A DNA stretch of 63,978 nt, filler included, from a bacterium (GCA_040757115.1; 7 parts of 7 records of this genome joined end to end with filler, not necessarily neighbours in it); one strand, 5' to 3'; counted from the first letter of the whole stretch, positions 48,040-59,053 are shown. Notes: generated by a model from the sequence alone, not told the origin. Numbers and translations are program-made.

Positions 48040-50810
48040 AAACTAACCTCACGCCAACTAATAACATCACCCGTCATACTTTCTTCTGGCCACCAAAGAG
48101 TATTTTTTAATTGCTCATCATAAATTACCTTACCATTACCAGTAATATCTACCTCATTCCCCACTAACTGACCATAGACATTACCATTTCCTGTAACAGA
48201 AATTTCAGCCGCAGGAGCATAAACAGTCCCAAAGAATCTATCGTTTCCTGTCAGGGAAATAGAATTAACAGCATTTGTGCAATAAATATGGAAATTAGTC
48301 GTAACCCCATTTGAATTGTTTTCATAATTGGCACCACCCTGGCCAGTAATATCTATGTTGCCCGTGCAATAGAGTTTTACCTTACCCACAATAATCAATT
48401 GTGCCTGCCCGCTTATCTTTATGCCATTACAAGTATATGTTCCTTCAGTCAGAGTTAATTCATTACTACCTGTAATATTTATAGTTGTTGAAATGGCATC
48501 TGCTGGAACAGTAACCGCAGGTAATGAAATATCAGTGCCCTGTGAATCTTTTTTCCCTGTAACACTGGCATTTCCAGTAAGATTAACCGTTTCTTCAAGA
48601 CCAGAAAAGGCATTTCCATCTACACAGGCGTTACCGGTTAGAGAAACATTTCCATTAGAAAAGACATTTCCACCATGGAGGGCATTTTCTGATCCATACT
48701 TACCGTTATCAGAGTTATAACTATCTGTTCGAGCATTTCCGGTTAAAGCTATATCGGATTTACAAATTATCGCTCCATCAAACCCATTTGCTCCGGTCAT
48801 TGGGGTTATGGCTACTATCGCCTCAATCCTGCGATGAACTGTTTTGCCAAATAGTTGTTGTTCTCTTGAAGTAACGACAATTTTGTATGTTCCTCCACCT
48901 CCTTCAGTAGCCTCTTTCTCTCTAACATAAAATTCAGCTACGGATAGATACATAGCGTTAACATAACTTTTAGAGATACGTCCATAGTAGGTATCGTCTC
49001 CTTCTACTACATACGGATTAAGATATACTCTGTTTGGGTCTCTAAAATGGTGAGCAGTACCCCCAAGCATGTAGAACCTATTCTCCACATTGGCTAATAC
49101 CTGATTAGTAATTCCTACTCCATCCATTCCACCATTAGTGTCCATATCCATAGTTGGTGCATTCTCTAATTTTACCCACGATGTCCCATCAAAGACATAT
49201 AGTTCTTTATTCCACCGATAATAAGAACCTGACATTTGTCCTTGCCAATCACGATAGCTGTCATAACTTCCATAAGGACTTCCATCCTTATAATCATAGA
49301 ATAAATCCCTTTGAGCTACCTGTTCATGAGTCGTTCCACTGGTTATTATTTTATCTGGATTTTTATCATCAGGAATATAAGTTCCATACCATATTCCATC
49401 CTTTCTATAACCAGGTCCATCAAAGTAAGTTCTCAGAAGACCATTATTTCCCCCCGTAACATAAATTTTATTATCTACCACTATTGCTTGATGGTCAGCT
49501 AATCCTGGTCGGTTAGAAAAACTTAATCCATGGTCTACACCATATCCTTCATCCTTCCAATATTTTGAGTATTCTGGGTCGCGCACATGGAGTTTGATAC
49601 CAGATACCGATTTACTAAATCCTTCTATTTTATCTCCTTCACCCCAGGGTGCAAGATCTTCAGGACAGACAGTATTGGAGTCGTCTGACAACCAGGGCAT
49701 ATGTGCGGCTGGTGTAGAGCTACCTGTAGTTGGATTATACTCCCATACAGTTCGACTATGACAACCCGATTGTGTAGTTACTTGCCCTCCAGTATCAGGG
49801 TCAGGACCCATTGACATACCTGTTTTAGGTATTCCTCCCACATAATATATTTTATTACCAATTACCCCTGCCGCTCCATAATATCTACCATCAGGTAAAG
49901 GGGTTAATTTCGTAACCTGATTAGTTGTCGGGTTAAATTCTACGACCAAACCATATTCTGCCCCACCATTATATTGCCCTCCAACAATATAGATTTTATC
50001 ACCCAGAACTACGGCTGAATGATAATTAACATCAGTTATGCCTATACTTGTCATATTTGCTACCTGCTCCCATTTATCATCAGCAGAATTTAGTAAGTCA
50101 TTACCTGGATTATAGGTAATTACAGCCGGGTCTGGACCAAACATATACATCTTATTATTATAATTCACCGCGGCAAATTTACTTTTATTTCCATAAGGAT
50201 TTGTTCCTAATTCTTTCCAGGTATCGCTTCTGGGGTCATATGCCAACATAACATTGTCACTATATAACTTTGCCCGATAACCCCAATAGTTAATCTCATC
50301 TTTATACGAGCTGTTACCTCCATGCTGTGTAGATTTTTCAGGTTGGCCATAACCACCAAACATAAATACTACACCATTAATGGTGACAGCGGCAGAATTT
50401 CCTTTAGGACGAGGGATATTAGCAGCGGCAGGATGGATATACCATCTATTTTCCTGTTCCCGGGGTGGCAAGGGAGTGTATCCTTCTCCACCTCCAGTAA
50501 TAAGATATATCTCTGCCTCGTAGGACTTTTGGGAGTTATTATCTACATTTCCAGTGATAGTTACTTTTGGATTTGCTGATGTAGGCCCTTGCCAATTAGG
50601 TAGTTTATCATCATTGATTAAATACCAGACAGCCCGCTCAAGCCCTGCTTCAGCAGTAGAAAGGGCAGTAGTGAAGCGTTCTTCTTTATAAGATTTGTTA
50701 AGTTGTGTTCGTGAGACAAGTAAATAACTAATGCTTATCATACTTAAAACGAAGATTACAATTAACACCACTACCAGGGCAATACCTTTTTCATTATTTA
50801 CCTTTTTCAT
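48036..50810 (-). CDS. PilX-like pilin fused to Kelch repeats and a C-terminal beta-helix
   Basis: G|IALVVVL (no Glu5), AEAGL; IYxVGG Kelch repeats; (I/L)TGN repeats; ends ISWRE. Confidence 0.78.
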   Translation of the reverse strand: MKKVNNEKGIALVVVLIVIFVLSMISISYLLVSRTQLNKSYKEERFTTALSTAEAGLERAVWYLINDDKLPNWQGPTSANPKVTITGNVDNNSQKSYEAEIYLITGGGEGYTPLPPREQENRWYIHPAAANIPRPKGNSAAVTINGVVFMFGGYGQPEKSTQHGGNSSYKDEINYWGYRAKLYSDNVMLAYDPRSDTWKELGTNPYGNKSKFAAVNYNNKMYMFGPDPAVITYNPGNDLLNSADDKWEQVANMTSIGITDVNYHSAVVLGDKIYIVGGQYNGGAEYGLVVEFNPTTNQVTKLTPLPDGRYYGAAGVIGNKIYYVGGIPKTGMSMGPDPDTGGQVTTQSGCHSRTVWEYNPTTGSSTPAAHMPWLSDDSNTVCPEDLAPWGEGDKIEGFSKSVSGIKLHVRDPEYSKYWKDEGYGVDHGLSFSNRPGLADHQAIVVDNKIYVTGGNNGLLRTYFDGPGYRKDGIWYGTYIPDDKNPDKIITSGTTHEQVAQRDLFYDYKDGSPYGSYDSYRDWQGQMSGSYYRWNKELYVFDGTSWVKLENAPTMDMDTNGGMDGVGITNQVLANVENRFYMLGGTAHHFRDPNRVYLNPYVVEGDDTYYGRISKSYVNAMYLSVAEFYVREKEATEGGGGTYKIVVTSREQQLFGKTVHRRIEAIVAITPMTGANGFDGAIICKSDIALTGNARTDSYNSDNGKYGSENALHGGNVFSNGNVSLTGNACVDGNAFSGLEETVNLTGNASVTGKKDSQGTDISLPAVTVPADAISTTINITGSNELTLTEGTYTCNGIKISGQAQLIIVGKVKLYCTGNIDITGQGGANYENNSNGVTTNFHIYCTNAVNSISLTGNDRFFGTVYAPAAEISVTGNGNVYGQLVGNEVDITGNGKVIYDEQLKNTLWWPEESMTGDVISWREVSL

Positions 50811-50978
50811 TTTAACTTACCTCCTTTTCTCCCTTTCCCTCTCATTTAGTATAATACCATATAAAATATGAAAAGTCAAGCGAAAAAAAATTCAACCTGT
50901 GAAATAGGAATATTTTGAGCGTGGTTAGTATAAGAAGGGGGATAAGGGGATAAAGGAGATATGGAGATTATAAATTCT

Positions 50979-51412
50979 GTAACCGTTCAGCCTTGCCCAT
51001 CAAACTGTCCAATATTAACTCAAAACTTAAAACTATAGCGGTTATTAACTGGAAGTTTACATAGGATAATACCCATAAATAAGGCATGAGAATAATCGTT
51101 CCGTTAGGAACATAATATCGGTAGGAATAGATAGACAAATCAATCAGTTCCGTAGGAACGATATATTGGTAGAAAATTTAATTCTAAGTAAAGTTTTGAA
51201 TAATAACTGCTATAATGTCCTCCATTCAGCCACTGATTATCACGGATTAATACAAATAGAATAGAATGAGTTAAAATATGAAAGATAACAGAGGATATTA
51301 TTTATACAAGTATTGGTGCAAAATAGTTTTGAGTTTTAAGTTGTAGTTTTGAGTTTTGCGTTTTGAGATTTGAGTTATAGGGACATATTTTTATCTATAC
51401 CTGAACGGTTAC
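50979..51412. mobile_element. Nested MITE mosaic
   Basis: GTAACCGTTCAG/CTGAACGGTTAC outer ends; inner TATAGCGGTTATT/AATAACTGCTATA element (51034-51214). Confidence 0.65.
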
Positions 51413-52258
51413 TTAGCTCTTTGGTTCAAAGATCAAATCCTCTGGTTTATGTGAAAACTTTATGTTTCTTCCATTTATGGTAAGCAAATCAATTAGATTT
51501 ACTTTCTTCCCAGTGCTTCTAATTTTTACTTTATCCTTTTTCTCTTTAAGGTATCCAGCAAGTTGAGAGAAATCACTACACTCCTGAAAAAATGTCGTCA
51601 ATCGCCTGAATAGTTTAGGGAGAATTACAATATCATCACTAATTGTAGAGGTATTCCAGAGAGTAAAGTTACTTGTTTTATCTAATGTCCAAAGTCCAAC
51701 TAAGTTATCCCGGCAAGTTTTTGTAATATCTGTAAATAACTTCAGTAACTTATCCTCCATTGTGCTGTAAAAGGTAGGATAAACAAGTCCCATCTTTGCC
51801 ATTTTTACATTGATGCACTTATCCAGAGGTAGTTTTGATAAAGGGATTTCATCGCCGTCATTAAGGTTGACATCCTTAGGAAAAACTAAGGAGACTGGAC
51901 GGTCGTATGTATCTAATGTTTGGCTTGCTATAAAACCTTCTGTGCCGTCTTTAGCAGAATAAATTTTCGTTAGACTTAGATTATAAACTACATTCTGAAT
52001 TTCAATCAGCCCAAGAAGAACTTCAAGAGCGGCTATACCCAAAACGCGGGGTTGATGTGATTCTTCATAATGTGTTTCAAGGGCGTCAATAGCTTCGAAG
52101 CGTAACTGCTTTTTTTTACCTTTCTTCTTTTTTCCATCCTTCCAACTAAAAAAATTCCAATTGCTCTGTGTAATTGCCTCAAATCTAATAGAGTCTCCAT
52201 CTGGAGAATACCCCGTAACATAGAATTTTCCCTTAATAACTTTGTATAAACTACTCAT
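51413..52258 (-). CDS. Thermonuclease (SNase)-like nuclease
   Basis: PDGDSIRF, LRFEAIDALETHY, DTYDR motifs. Confidence 0.7.
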   Translation of the reverse strand: MSSLYKVIKGKFYVTGYSPDGDSIRFEAITQSNWNFFSWKDGKKKKGKKKQLRFEAIDALETHYEESHQPRVLGIAALEVLLGLIEIQNVVYNLSLTKIYSAKDGTEGFIASQTLDTYDRPVSLVFPKDVNLNDGDEIPLSKLPLDKCINVKMAKMGLVYPTFYSTMEDKLLKLFTDITKTCRDNLVGLWTLDKTSNFTLWNTSTISDDIVILPKLFRRLTTFFQECSDFSQLAGYLKEKKDKVKIRSTGKKVNLIDLLTINGRNIKFSHKPEDLIFEPKS

Positions 52259-52701
52259 TTTTTACCTCCTTATCTGTGGCTAAAATATATCTTGAATGGT
52301 TAACCACAATTTAAAACTCCTCCTCCTCACTTTTCTTAACAAGTATAACAAAAAATTATTCTAATGTCAAATGTTTTTTTATCCGTAAAAAAATCTCGGT
52401 CAATGGACTGGACAGGGTACAAATATGAAATTTTCGTTGACAAATTAGTTTATTTATATTACATTATAATGTGGTCGAGGGTCCAATTCGGGGCAGACCT
52501 CGAGTGAGTGTTGACAGGGTGACCGAGAATTACAGAAAAGCAAAATTCTTTATCTAAATTTACTTAATAAACTACTGATTATTTCAGATTAAATTGATTG
52601 TCAATGAAATTGTAGAATTGGTGTTAAAAAATCATCTTAACCTCTTGATTTTCCTTGCCGTTAGGGCTAATTGAGTAGAAGATATTTTTAAAAAATTTCG
52701 G

Positions 52702-52801
52702 NNNNNNNNNNNNNNNNNNNNNNNNNNNNNNNNNNNNNNNNNNNNTTAATTAATTAANNNNNNNNNNNNNNNNNNNNNNNNNNNNNNNNNNNNNNNNNNN
52801 N
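52702..52801. other. Artificial contig linker
   Basis: N-run with TTAATTAATTAA. Confidence 0.97.
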
Positions 52802-52922
52802 GAAATTGATTGTGGAAAACAACAAATTTCCATAAATTTCTATTAATTTCAATTTTTTTAATAATATCTCCCTATCTCCTTAATCTCCACATCTCCTTTT
52901 GTTACACCACCTGAACGCTTAC
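52802..52922. mobile_element. Half of the 225-bp GTAA-ended MITE
   Basis: Near-identical to 5916..6037. Confidence 0.8.
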
Positions 52923-52939
52923 TAAAAATCAGAGGGAAA

Positions 52940-55234
52940 ATGAATAAATCACTTATAATCCTTACAATAATATTACTTTCCAGTTTCACCTGGGCTAAAG
53001 AGATTGAGCAACAAAGAACGAGTTTCGACCCATTAGAAGTAATGGCTAATGAATACCTGAAACAGGCATTTACCCTGTATAACCAATTAGAGTTTGAAAA
53101 GGCAATTACCTTGTATAAAAAGGCATTAGATTTGACCCCTGATTCTGCTCAAGTCTGGTATTGGTTGGGCAGAAGCTATTATCGGACAGGGCAAATGCCT
53201 CAATTTTTCTCTGCCTGGGAGAGGTTTTTAAAATTAAGCAAAGAAGATACCTCAGAAATAAAACGAAAAATGCTGGTCTATTCAGAAAACCATATTAAGT
53301 CAAATACATACAGATATTTTGACACCATTAAAGGAAAAGATGATTTTGCTATTTATAATCCTGCGGGAATAGTTATAGATTCCGAAGATAATTTTTACAT
53401 CAGTAGTTTTGGGAATAATGCTATTTTAAAATTTTCACCAATTGGGAAACCTTTATTACGATTTGGGCAAAAGGGTAAAGATAAAGGAAAACTAAATAAA
53501 CCTGCGGGTATTGTCCTTGATAAAGAAGGGAATGTTTATGTAACTGATTTTGGTAACCATCGCATTCAAAAATTTACCTCTGAAGGCAAATTTTTAATGG
53601 CGTTTGGCAAAGAGGGTAAAAAATCAGGTGAATTTATCAACCCGGAAGGGATAGCATTAGATAGTAAAGAATATATTTATGTTGTGGATAACGGTAATCA
53701 CAGGATTCAAATCTTTTCCCCGGAAGGTAAATTCGTAGGGAAAATTGATGAAATGCTTTTATCTCCGATAGGAGTAGTTGTGGATAAAAGGGAAAGAATT
53801 TGGGTAATTGAGCGAGGCGGTAACTATCTTAAACAATTTGCTACCTCAGGCAGACTTCAAAACAATTTTCCATTTCCACAAAAAGGATTAATTCCCAAAG
53901 GTATAACTTATGCCCTGGATGGAAAACTATATCTTAGTTTTTCACAAGGCAGTATCTTTAAATTTGATATAGAAAATCAAAAGTGGGAAAGGTTAAATCT
54001 ACCTTCAAAATTTCCTGCTCCTTTGACACTGGCTGTCAACAAATATGGATTGCTGTATGTTATTGGTTTTGAGAATAATTCCATATTGGTGTTTATTCCA
54101 GAGGAGGCTAAAGATACACAATTTGATGTTCTGGTCAATCGTATAGATACAAGTGGTTATCCAACAATTATAATGCCCGTGATGGTGACATCTAAACACA
54201 AAACCCCGATTTTAGGTTTAACTTCTAATAATTTTAAAGTAGAAGAAAACGGTCGACAGATGCAACCTATAGCACTGGGCACACCGGTATATGAAAATGA
54301 GTATTTAGTTACAACCTTTATCATTGATACATCTAAAAAGATGGTCAAATATCGAAATGATGTCCAAGAACTATTAAACAAATTTGTTTCGGAGATTAAA
54401 GGAGGAATTCAAGGGGTATCAATAATTGGTTTTTCTGAAAAGGCAGAATATATCCAGTCAATTACTCGAAATAAAACAGCCTTGCGAGATAAAATTGAGA
54501 GATTAATGCCGGGTAAAAATTCCAGAGACAAAGATGCTATCTTTTCGGCAATTAAACTTGGAGTTAGCGAGATGAATTATTTAATCTGTAAAAAGGCGAT
54601 TTGTTTAATTACCTATGGTGATGAGGTGGAAGAAGAAACATTATTTAGAGAATGCAGTGATTATGCTAAAAATAATCATATTCCGATATTTGTGGTTGAT
54701 TTTCGGGGACAGGGCGAAACTAAATCACTAAAAAATTTAGCCGCAAATTATTTCCTGGCATATCAATCCCAAAAGGCTCAAAAACTCTACGAAACCATTT
54801 CAACTCAAATCAAAAACCAAAATATCTACCTTATTTCTTACCAGACACCTCAAGAGCAATGGGCTTTAAAATGGGTAGATGTTAGTGTTTCTGCCGGGCA
54901 TAGGCATCTTTGTGCTTATGATAAAATAAATTATGTTGTGCCACCAGGTAAAGGAATAGATAAGGAGATTATTGCAAAAATAGAGAAACGTATCCAGAAG
55001 AAAAGAAAAGAACTATATGAAGAAAAGATGAAGAAATTGGAAGAAAAGAAGAAAGGGAAAGCGGGTCATAAAGCTGAAGGAGGACATGGCGAAAAGGGCA
55101 AACCAGAAGGATTTCCTCCCCCAAAAACATGGGAAGAAGATATTCAACCAGATATTGGTAGCCCTGTTCGTGAAAAATTTGTTCCAGATGAAAAAACTAA
55201 GCCTGGCGGTGGAGGACATGGAGGAGGACATTGA
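52940..55234 (+). CDS. Exported TPR + NHL-repeat + VWA-domain protein
   Basis: Signal peptide, TPRs, PxGIxxD..YVxDxGNHRIQ repeats, IIDTSKKM VWA start, Gly/His tail. Confidence 0.82.
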   Translation: MNKSLIILTIILLSSFTWAKEIEQQRTSFDPLEVMANEYLKQAFTLYNQLEFEKAITLYKKALDLTPDSAQVWYWLGRSYYRTGQMPQFFSAWERFLKLSKEDTSEIKRKMLVYSENHIKSNTYRYFDTIKGKDDFAIYNPAGIVIDSEDNFYISSFGNNAILKFSPIGKPLLRFGQKGKDKGKLNKPAGIVLDKEGNVYVTDFGNHRIQKFTSEGKFLMAFGKEGKKSGEFINPEGIALDSKEYIYVVDNGNHRIQIFSPEGKFVGKIDEMLLSPIGVVVDKRERIWVIERGGNYLKQFATSGRLQNNFPFPQKGLIPKGITYALDGKLYLSFSQGSIFKFDIENQKWERLNLPSKFPAPLTLAVNKYGLLYVIGFENNSILVFIPEEAKDTQFDVLVNRIDTSGYPTIIMPVMVTSKHKTPILGLTSNNFKVEENGRQMQPIALGTPVYENEYLVTTFIIDTSKKMVKYRNDVQELLNKFVSEIKGGIQGVSIIGFSEKAEYIQSITRNKTALRDKIERLMPGKNSRDKDAIFSAIKLGVSEMNYLICKKAICLITYGDEVEEETLFRECSDYAKNNHIPIFVVDFRGQGETKSLKNLAANYFLAYQSQKAQKLYETISTQIKNQNIYLISYQTPQEQWALKWVDVSVSAGHRHLCAYDKINYVVPPGKGIDKEIIAKIEKRIQKKRKELYEEKMKKLEEKKKGKAGHKAEGGHGEKGKPEGFPPPKTWEEDIQPDIGSPVREKFVPDEKTKPGGGGHGGGH

Positions 55235-55288
55235 GATAGGATAAGGGTAACTGTTCAGCCACTGATTTCATCTGTGGCTAAATATGTG

Positions 55289-55535
55289 GTAACCGTTCAC
55301 CGCACAGATACAGAGACGCAGAGAAAAACAGACCCCTAATCCCTCTCAAGAGGGGAAAATCAAAAATTAAATATTAAAATGCAAAATGACATATCAAATA
55401 TCAAAAATCTTGACTTCGTGTTTAATTTATTGCCTTACAAGTACTTTTGCATTTTACTTTGTCATTTTGCTTTTTACATTTTGATATTTGCATTAAACTC
55501 TGCGTCTCTGCGGAAATTACCACCTGAACGGTTAC
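55289..55535. mobile_element. GTAA-ended MITE with exact 8-bp target duplication
   Basis: GTAACCGTTCA/TGAACGGTTAC ends flanked by AATATGTG on both sides. Confidence 0.9.
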
Positions 55536-55567
55536 AATATGTGGATTAAATTTTGGAGGGGGAGACA

Positions 55568-56227
55568 TTGAATCAACGATATGATATTGAAAGAAGAAAA
55601 ATGGTTGATGAACAAATTATAAGACGGGGAATTGTGGATGAAAGAGTGGTAGAGGCAATGCTGAAAATTCCACGAGAGCTATTTGTCGAAGAGGCACTTC
55701 GGGAAAAGGCTTACGGTGACCATCCCCTTCCAATTGGTTGTGGACAGACTATCTCACAGCCATTTATGGTTGCTTTAATGAGTCAATCTTTACAACTATC
55801 TGGCTCAGAAAAGGTTCTGGAAATAGGAACAGGTTCAGGCTATCAAGCGGCTGTTTTAGCTGAATTAGCTCAAAAGGTTTATACTGTTGAACGGGTAAAA
55901 ATCTTATACGAAAAGGCACAAAGGATACTTTTAACCGAATTAAAATATAAAAACATTGCAACCATTTTAGCCGATGGTAGTTTGGGATTACCTAATCTTG
56001 CTCCTTTTGACCGTATTATTGTGACGGCAGCCGCACCGGATATCCCGAAACCATTAATCGACCAACTGACAGATAACGGTATTCTGGTCATCCCAAAAGG
56101 AGATAAATTCTTTCAATCATTGATAATCGTAACAAAGAAAAATGGTGAATTATTCACTAAAGATATAGGTGGGTGTGTCTTTGTGCCATTAATTGGCAGG
56201 TATGGCTGGAAAAATAATGGGGCGTAA
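55568..56227 (+). CDS. pcm: Protein-L-isoaspartate O-methyltransferase
   Basis: GQTISQP, VLEIGTGSGY, FDRIIVTAA, FVPL; TTG start after a G-rich SD. Confidence 0.96.
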   Translation: MNQRYDIERRKMVDEQIIRRGIVDERVVEAMLKIPRELFVEEALREKAYGDHPLPIGCGQTISQPFMVALMSQSLQLSGSEKVLEIGTGSGYQAAVLAELAQKVYTVERVKILYEKAQRILLTELKYKNIATILADGSLGLPNLAPFDRIIVTAAAPDIPKPLIDQLTDNGILVIPKGDKFFQSLIIVTKKNGELFTKDIGGCVFVPLIGRYGWKNNGA

Positions 56228-56280
56228 TTAGAGATTGAGATTAGAGATTGAACTTTTACTAATTCACTAATTCACTACAA

Positions 56281-56358
56281 CGGGGCATAGCTCAGCTTGG
56301 TTAGAGCGCCTGGTTCGGGACCAGGAGGTCGGAGGTTCAAATCCTCTTGCCCCGACCA
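56281..56358 (+). tRNA. tRNA-Pro(CGG)
   Basis: CGGGGCA/TGCCCCG acceptor stem, CCTGG-TTCGGGA-CCAGG anticodon arm, GGTTCAAATCC, encoded CCA. Confidence 0.97.
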
Positions 56359-56591
56359 AAAATTGGCGTCACTGTTCAGCCACTAAAATATAGCAGTTAT
56401 TAGTCAAAATTTTACTCAGGGTGGATAAGTAAAAAATCCCAAATCCCAAGCACCAAATCCCAAATAAGCACCAAGATGAATTAGTCTAATCGCACAGGTG
56501 GAAAAAATTGTGAATTGTGAATTGTGAATGAATGCATAGTTAATAAAGTCCCCGTCGGGGGAACAAGGTTAAATGAAGGACAAACAGGAAA

Positions 56592-58238
56592 ATGACCATA
56601 AATAATGAGATAGTAGATATAATTGATAAGGCGATTGGGCGAGCAATGACAAATGGCAGAATCCCTGGAGTCGAGTTGGAATCTATTCAACTTGAGTCTC
56701 CTAAAAGACCTGAATATGGTCAATTAGCAACTAATATTGCCTTTGTCCTCGCTAAAAAGGCTAATCTTTCTCCGTATCCGATAGCTCAAACAATCGTTGA
56801 ATTTATGGAAAAACCAGAGGAGTTAATTTCGCAGGTAGAAATTGCTGGAGGTGGATTTATTAATTTCTGGATTGCAAAAGATAGATTATATAAGGTTTTG
56901 AAAGAGATTGAAGATAAAAATGAACGCTACGGAATGTCAGACATTGGTCAGGGGAAAAAGGTTTTAATTGACTTTGTTAGTGCAAATCCAACCGGGCCAC
57001 TTCATATTGGTCATGGTCGGGGCGCCGCTTATGGAGATATTCTGGGTAATATTTTATCTTTTTGCGGCTATGAAGTAACTAAAGAATATTATATCAATGA
57101 TGTTGGCACACAAATGGAAACACTGGGAAAATCTTTAAAAGCACGATACTTACAACTATCAGGACAACCTGCACAACTCCCTGAAAATGGCTATCAGGGT
57201 CAATATTTAATAGAAATAGCCAGCACACTTTATCATCAAGAAAAAGATACTTATCAAAACAAAGATGTTGATTTTTTTACACAATTTGCCAAAGATGAGA
57301 TATTGAAGGATATTAAAAAGACATTAATCGATTTTGGCGTCGAATATGATAATTGGTTTTCAGAGGGTAGGTTATATGAGTCTAATGAAGTAGAAGATGT
57401 GCTTAATACTCTACGAAAACTTGGGTTTGCTTACGAAACTGATGGAGCACTCTGGCTAAAGACGACCTCTTTTGGTGATGAAAAAGACCGTGTTTTAATT
57501 CGGCAAGATGGTAAACCAACATATTTTGCAGGTGATATTGCATATCATAAGAATAAATACACACGCGGATATGACCTGTTAATTGATGCCTGGGGCACTG
57601 ACCATCATGGTTATGTCAAACGGCTACAATCAGCAATGGAGGCTCTAAGTTATCCTGATGTCGTTGTTTTACTTTATCAATTGGTTAGTTTAGTCAAGGA
57701 TAAACAACCTGTTTCTATGTCAACCAGGTCAGGTGAATTCATTACCTTATCGGAGTTAATCAAAGAGGTTGGTAAGGATGTAGCGCGATTCTTTTTTATT
57801 ATGCGTAAGGCAAATAGCCATCTCGAATTTGACTTAAATCTGGCAAAACAATCCTCGAATGAAAATCCTGTTTATTACATTCAATATGTTCACGCCCGCA
57901 CCTGTAGTATTCTGGCTAAGGCAAAAAAAGAAGGCTTTCAAGAACCTTTCCAGGCAGACTTGAATTTATTAAAACTTTATGAAGAGAGGGCAATACTTTT
58001 CAAATTAGCCTCTTTGCCTGTGGAAATAATTAGTTGTGCAAAATTTTACGAGCCACAAAGTTTAACAACATATCTTATTGAACTGGCGGGGTTATTTCAT
58101 AATTATTATCAGCATCATCGAGTTATCTCGGCAAATAGAGACCTTTCAACTGCTCGTCTTGTCTTAGTTAATGCCATCCGTATAGTTATTCGTAATACTC
58201 TGCTTTTATTAGGCTTACAAGCCCCAGAGCGGATGTAA
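56592..58238 (+). CDS. argS: Arginine--tRNA ligase
   Basis: SANPTGPLHIGH, MSTRSG, YYIQYVHAR, APERM. Confidence 0.98.
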   Translation: MTINNEIVDIIDKAIGRAMTNGRIPGVELESIQLESPKRPEYGQLATNIAFVLAKKANLSPYPIAQTIVEFMEKPEELISQVEIAGGGFINFWIAKDRLYKVLKEIEDKNERYGMSDIGQGKKVLIDFVSANPTGPLHIGHGRGAAYGDILGNILSFCGYEVTKEYYINDVGTQMETLGKSLKARYLQLSGQPAQLPENGYQGQYLIEIASTLYHQEKDTYQNKDVDFFTQFAKDEILKDIKKTLIDFGVEYDNWFSEGRLYESNEVEDVLNTLRKLGFAYETDGALWLKTTSFGDEKDRVLIRQDGKPTYFAGDIAYHKNKYTRGYDLLIDAWGTDHHGYVKRLQSAMEALSYPDVVVLLYQLVSLVKDKQPVSMSTRSGEFITLSELIKEVGKDVARFFFIMRKANSHLEFDLNLAKQSSNENPVYYIQYVHARTCSILAKAKKEGFQEPFQADLNLLKLYEERAILFKLASLPVEIISCAKFYEPQSLTTYLIELAGLFHNYYQHHRVISANRDLSTARLVLVNAIRIVIRNTLLLLGLQAPERM

Positions 58239-58391
58239 AAATAAAGGGACTCGGGACTCGGGATTCGGGACTCGGGAATAAAGGAATCCCCTAATCCCGA
58301 ACCCCGAACCCCGATTTTCAGGAGAAAGGAAGTTTCACGCCAAGCACGCAAAGAACGCAAAGGAAAATAAGGGAAAAAACTACCTTTAGGG

Positions 58392-58513
58392 CACAAAGTC
58401 TTATGGTGAAATGTCAAGTAAAAAATTAAGTTTTTTTAAAAATATTTTTCTTGACTTATATCCCTAAAAAGGCACAAAAATAGTATGTTCGGATACAAGT
58501 GAATTTTTTAAAT
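58392..58513 (+). mobile_element. End of an unidentified multicopy element
   Basis: Same sequence as 11601..11704. Confidence 0.65.
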
Positions 58514-58613
58514 NNNNNNNNNNNNNNNNNNNNNNNNNNNNNNNNNNNNNNNNNNNNTTAATTAATTAANNNNNNNNNNNNNNNNNNNNNNNNNNNNNNN
58601 NNNNNNNNNNNNN
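58514..58613. other. Artificial contig linker
   Basis: N-run with TTAATTAATTAA. Confidence 0.97.
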
Positions 58614-58734
58614 CGGTGTCAAGCAAACCTGGCCCAAGAGTTCGATGCACCGCTATAGCGCATCCAATGACTCTATTCGATAATTCATCAAATTTCACTT
58701 CGTGCTCTCCGTACCCTTCGTGGTGAATAGTTAC
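58614..58734 (-). mobile_element. Left end of a GTAA-ended element with the 5' part of a GxxExxY gene
   Basis: GTAACTATTCACC end then VKFDELSNRVIGCAIAVHRTLGPGLL. Confidence 0.75.
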
Positions 58735-58746
58735 AAAAATAGAAAC

Positions 58747-59053
58747 TAATAGAAATTTATGGAAATTTGTTGTTTTCCCCAATCAATTTCTACCTATTTC
58801 TATAAATTTCAATCTATTTCTATTATCTTATCTCCATATCACTCTTATCTCCTTATCCCCTTTCTTACACTTTTGATATATAGCCTGAACGGTTACTTAG
58901 TTTTAAGGTTTTGAGATAAGGTTTTGAGTTATGACATTTGAGTTTTGAGTTAATATTGTCCCATTTGATGGACACGGCTGAACGGTTACAAAAAAAGATA
59001 TTTTCCTCTCTGTTTCTCTGCGTCTCTGCGGTAAAGGATTACCTGAATGATTA
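58747..59053 (+). repeat. ~307-bp direct repeat, copy 1
   Basis: Nearly identical to 60068..60374. Confidence 0.9.

Noticed and set aside
52394-52528. TCTCGGTCA/TGACCGAGA-bounded segment with a promoter-like box and hairpin as an ncRNA
   Set aside because: Single copy near a contig end with no family recognised; could be another element end, so left uncalled.
55289-55535. GTAAC...GTTAC elements as integron attC sites
   Set aside because: They lack RYYYAAC/GTTRRRY context and cassette organisation; the 8-bp target duplication points to transposition.
56281-56358. tRNA-Pro as an integration site
   Set aside because: No integrase and no duplicated tRNA 3' end in the contig.
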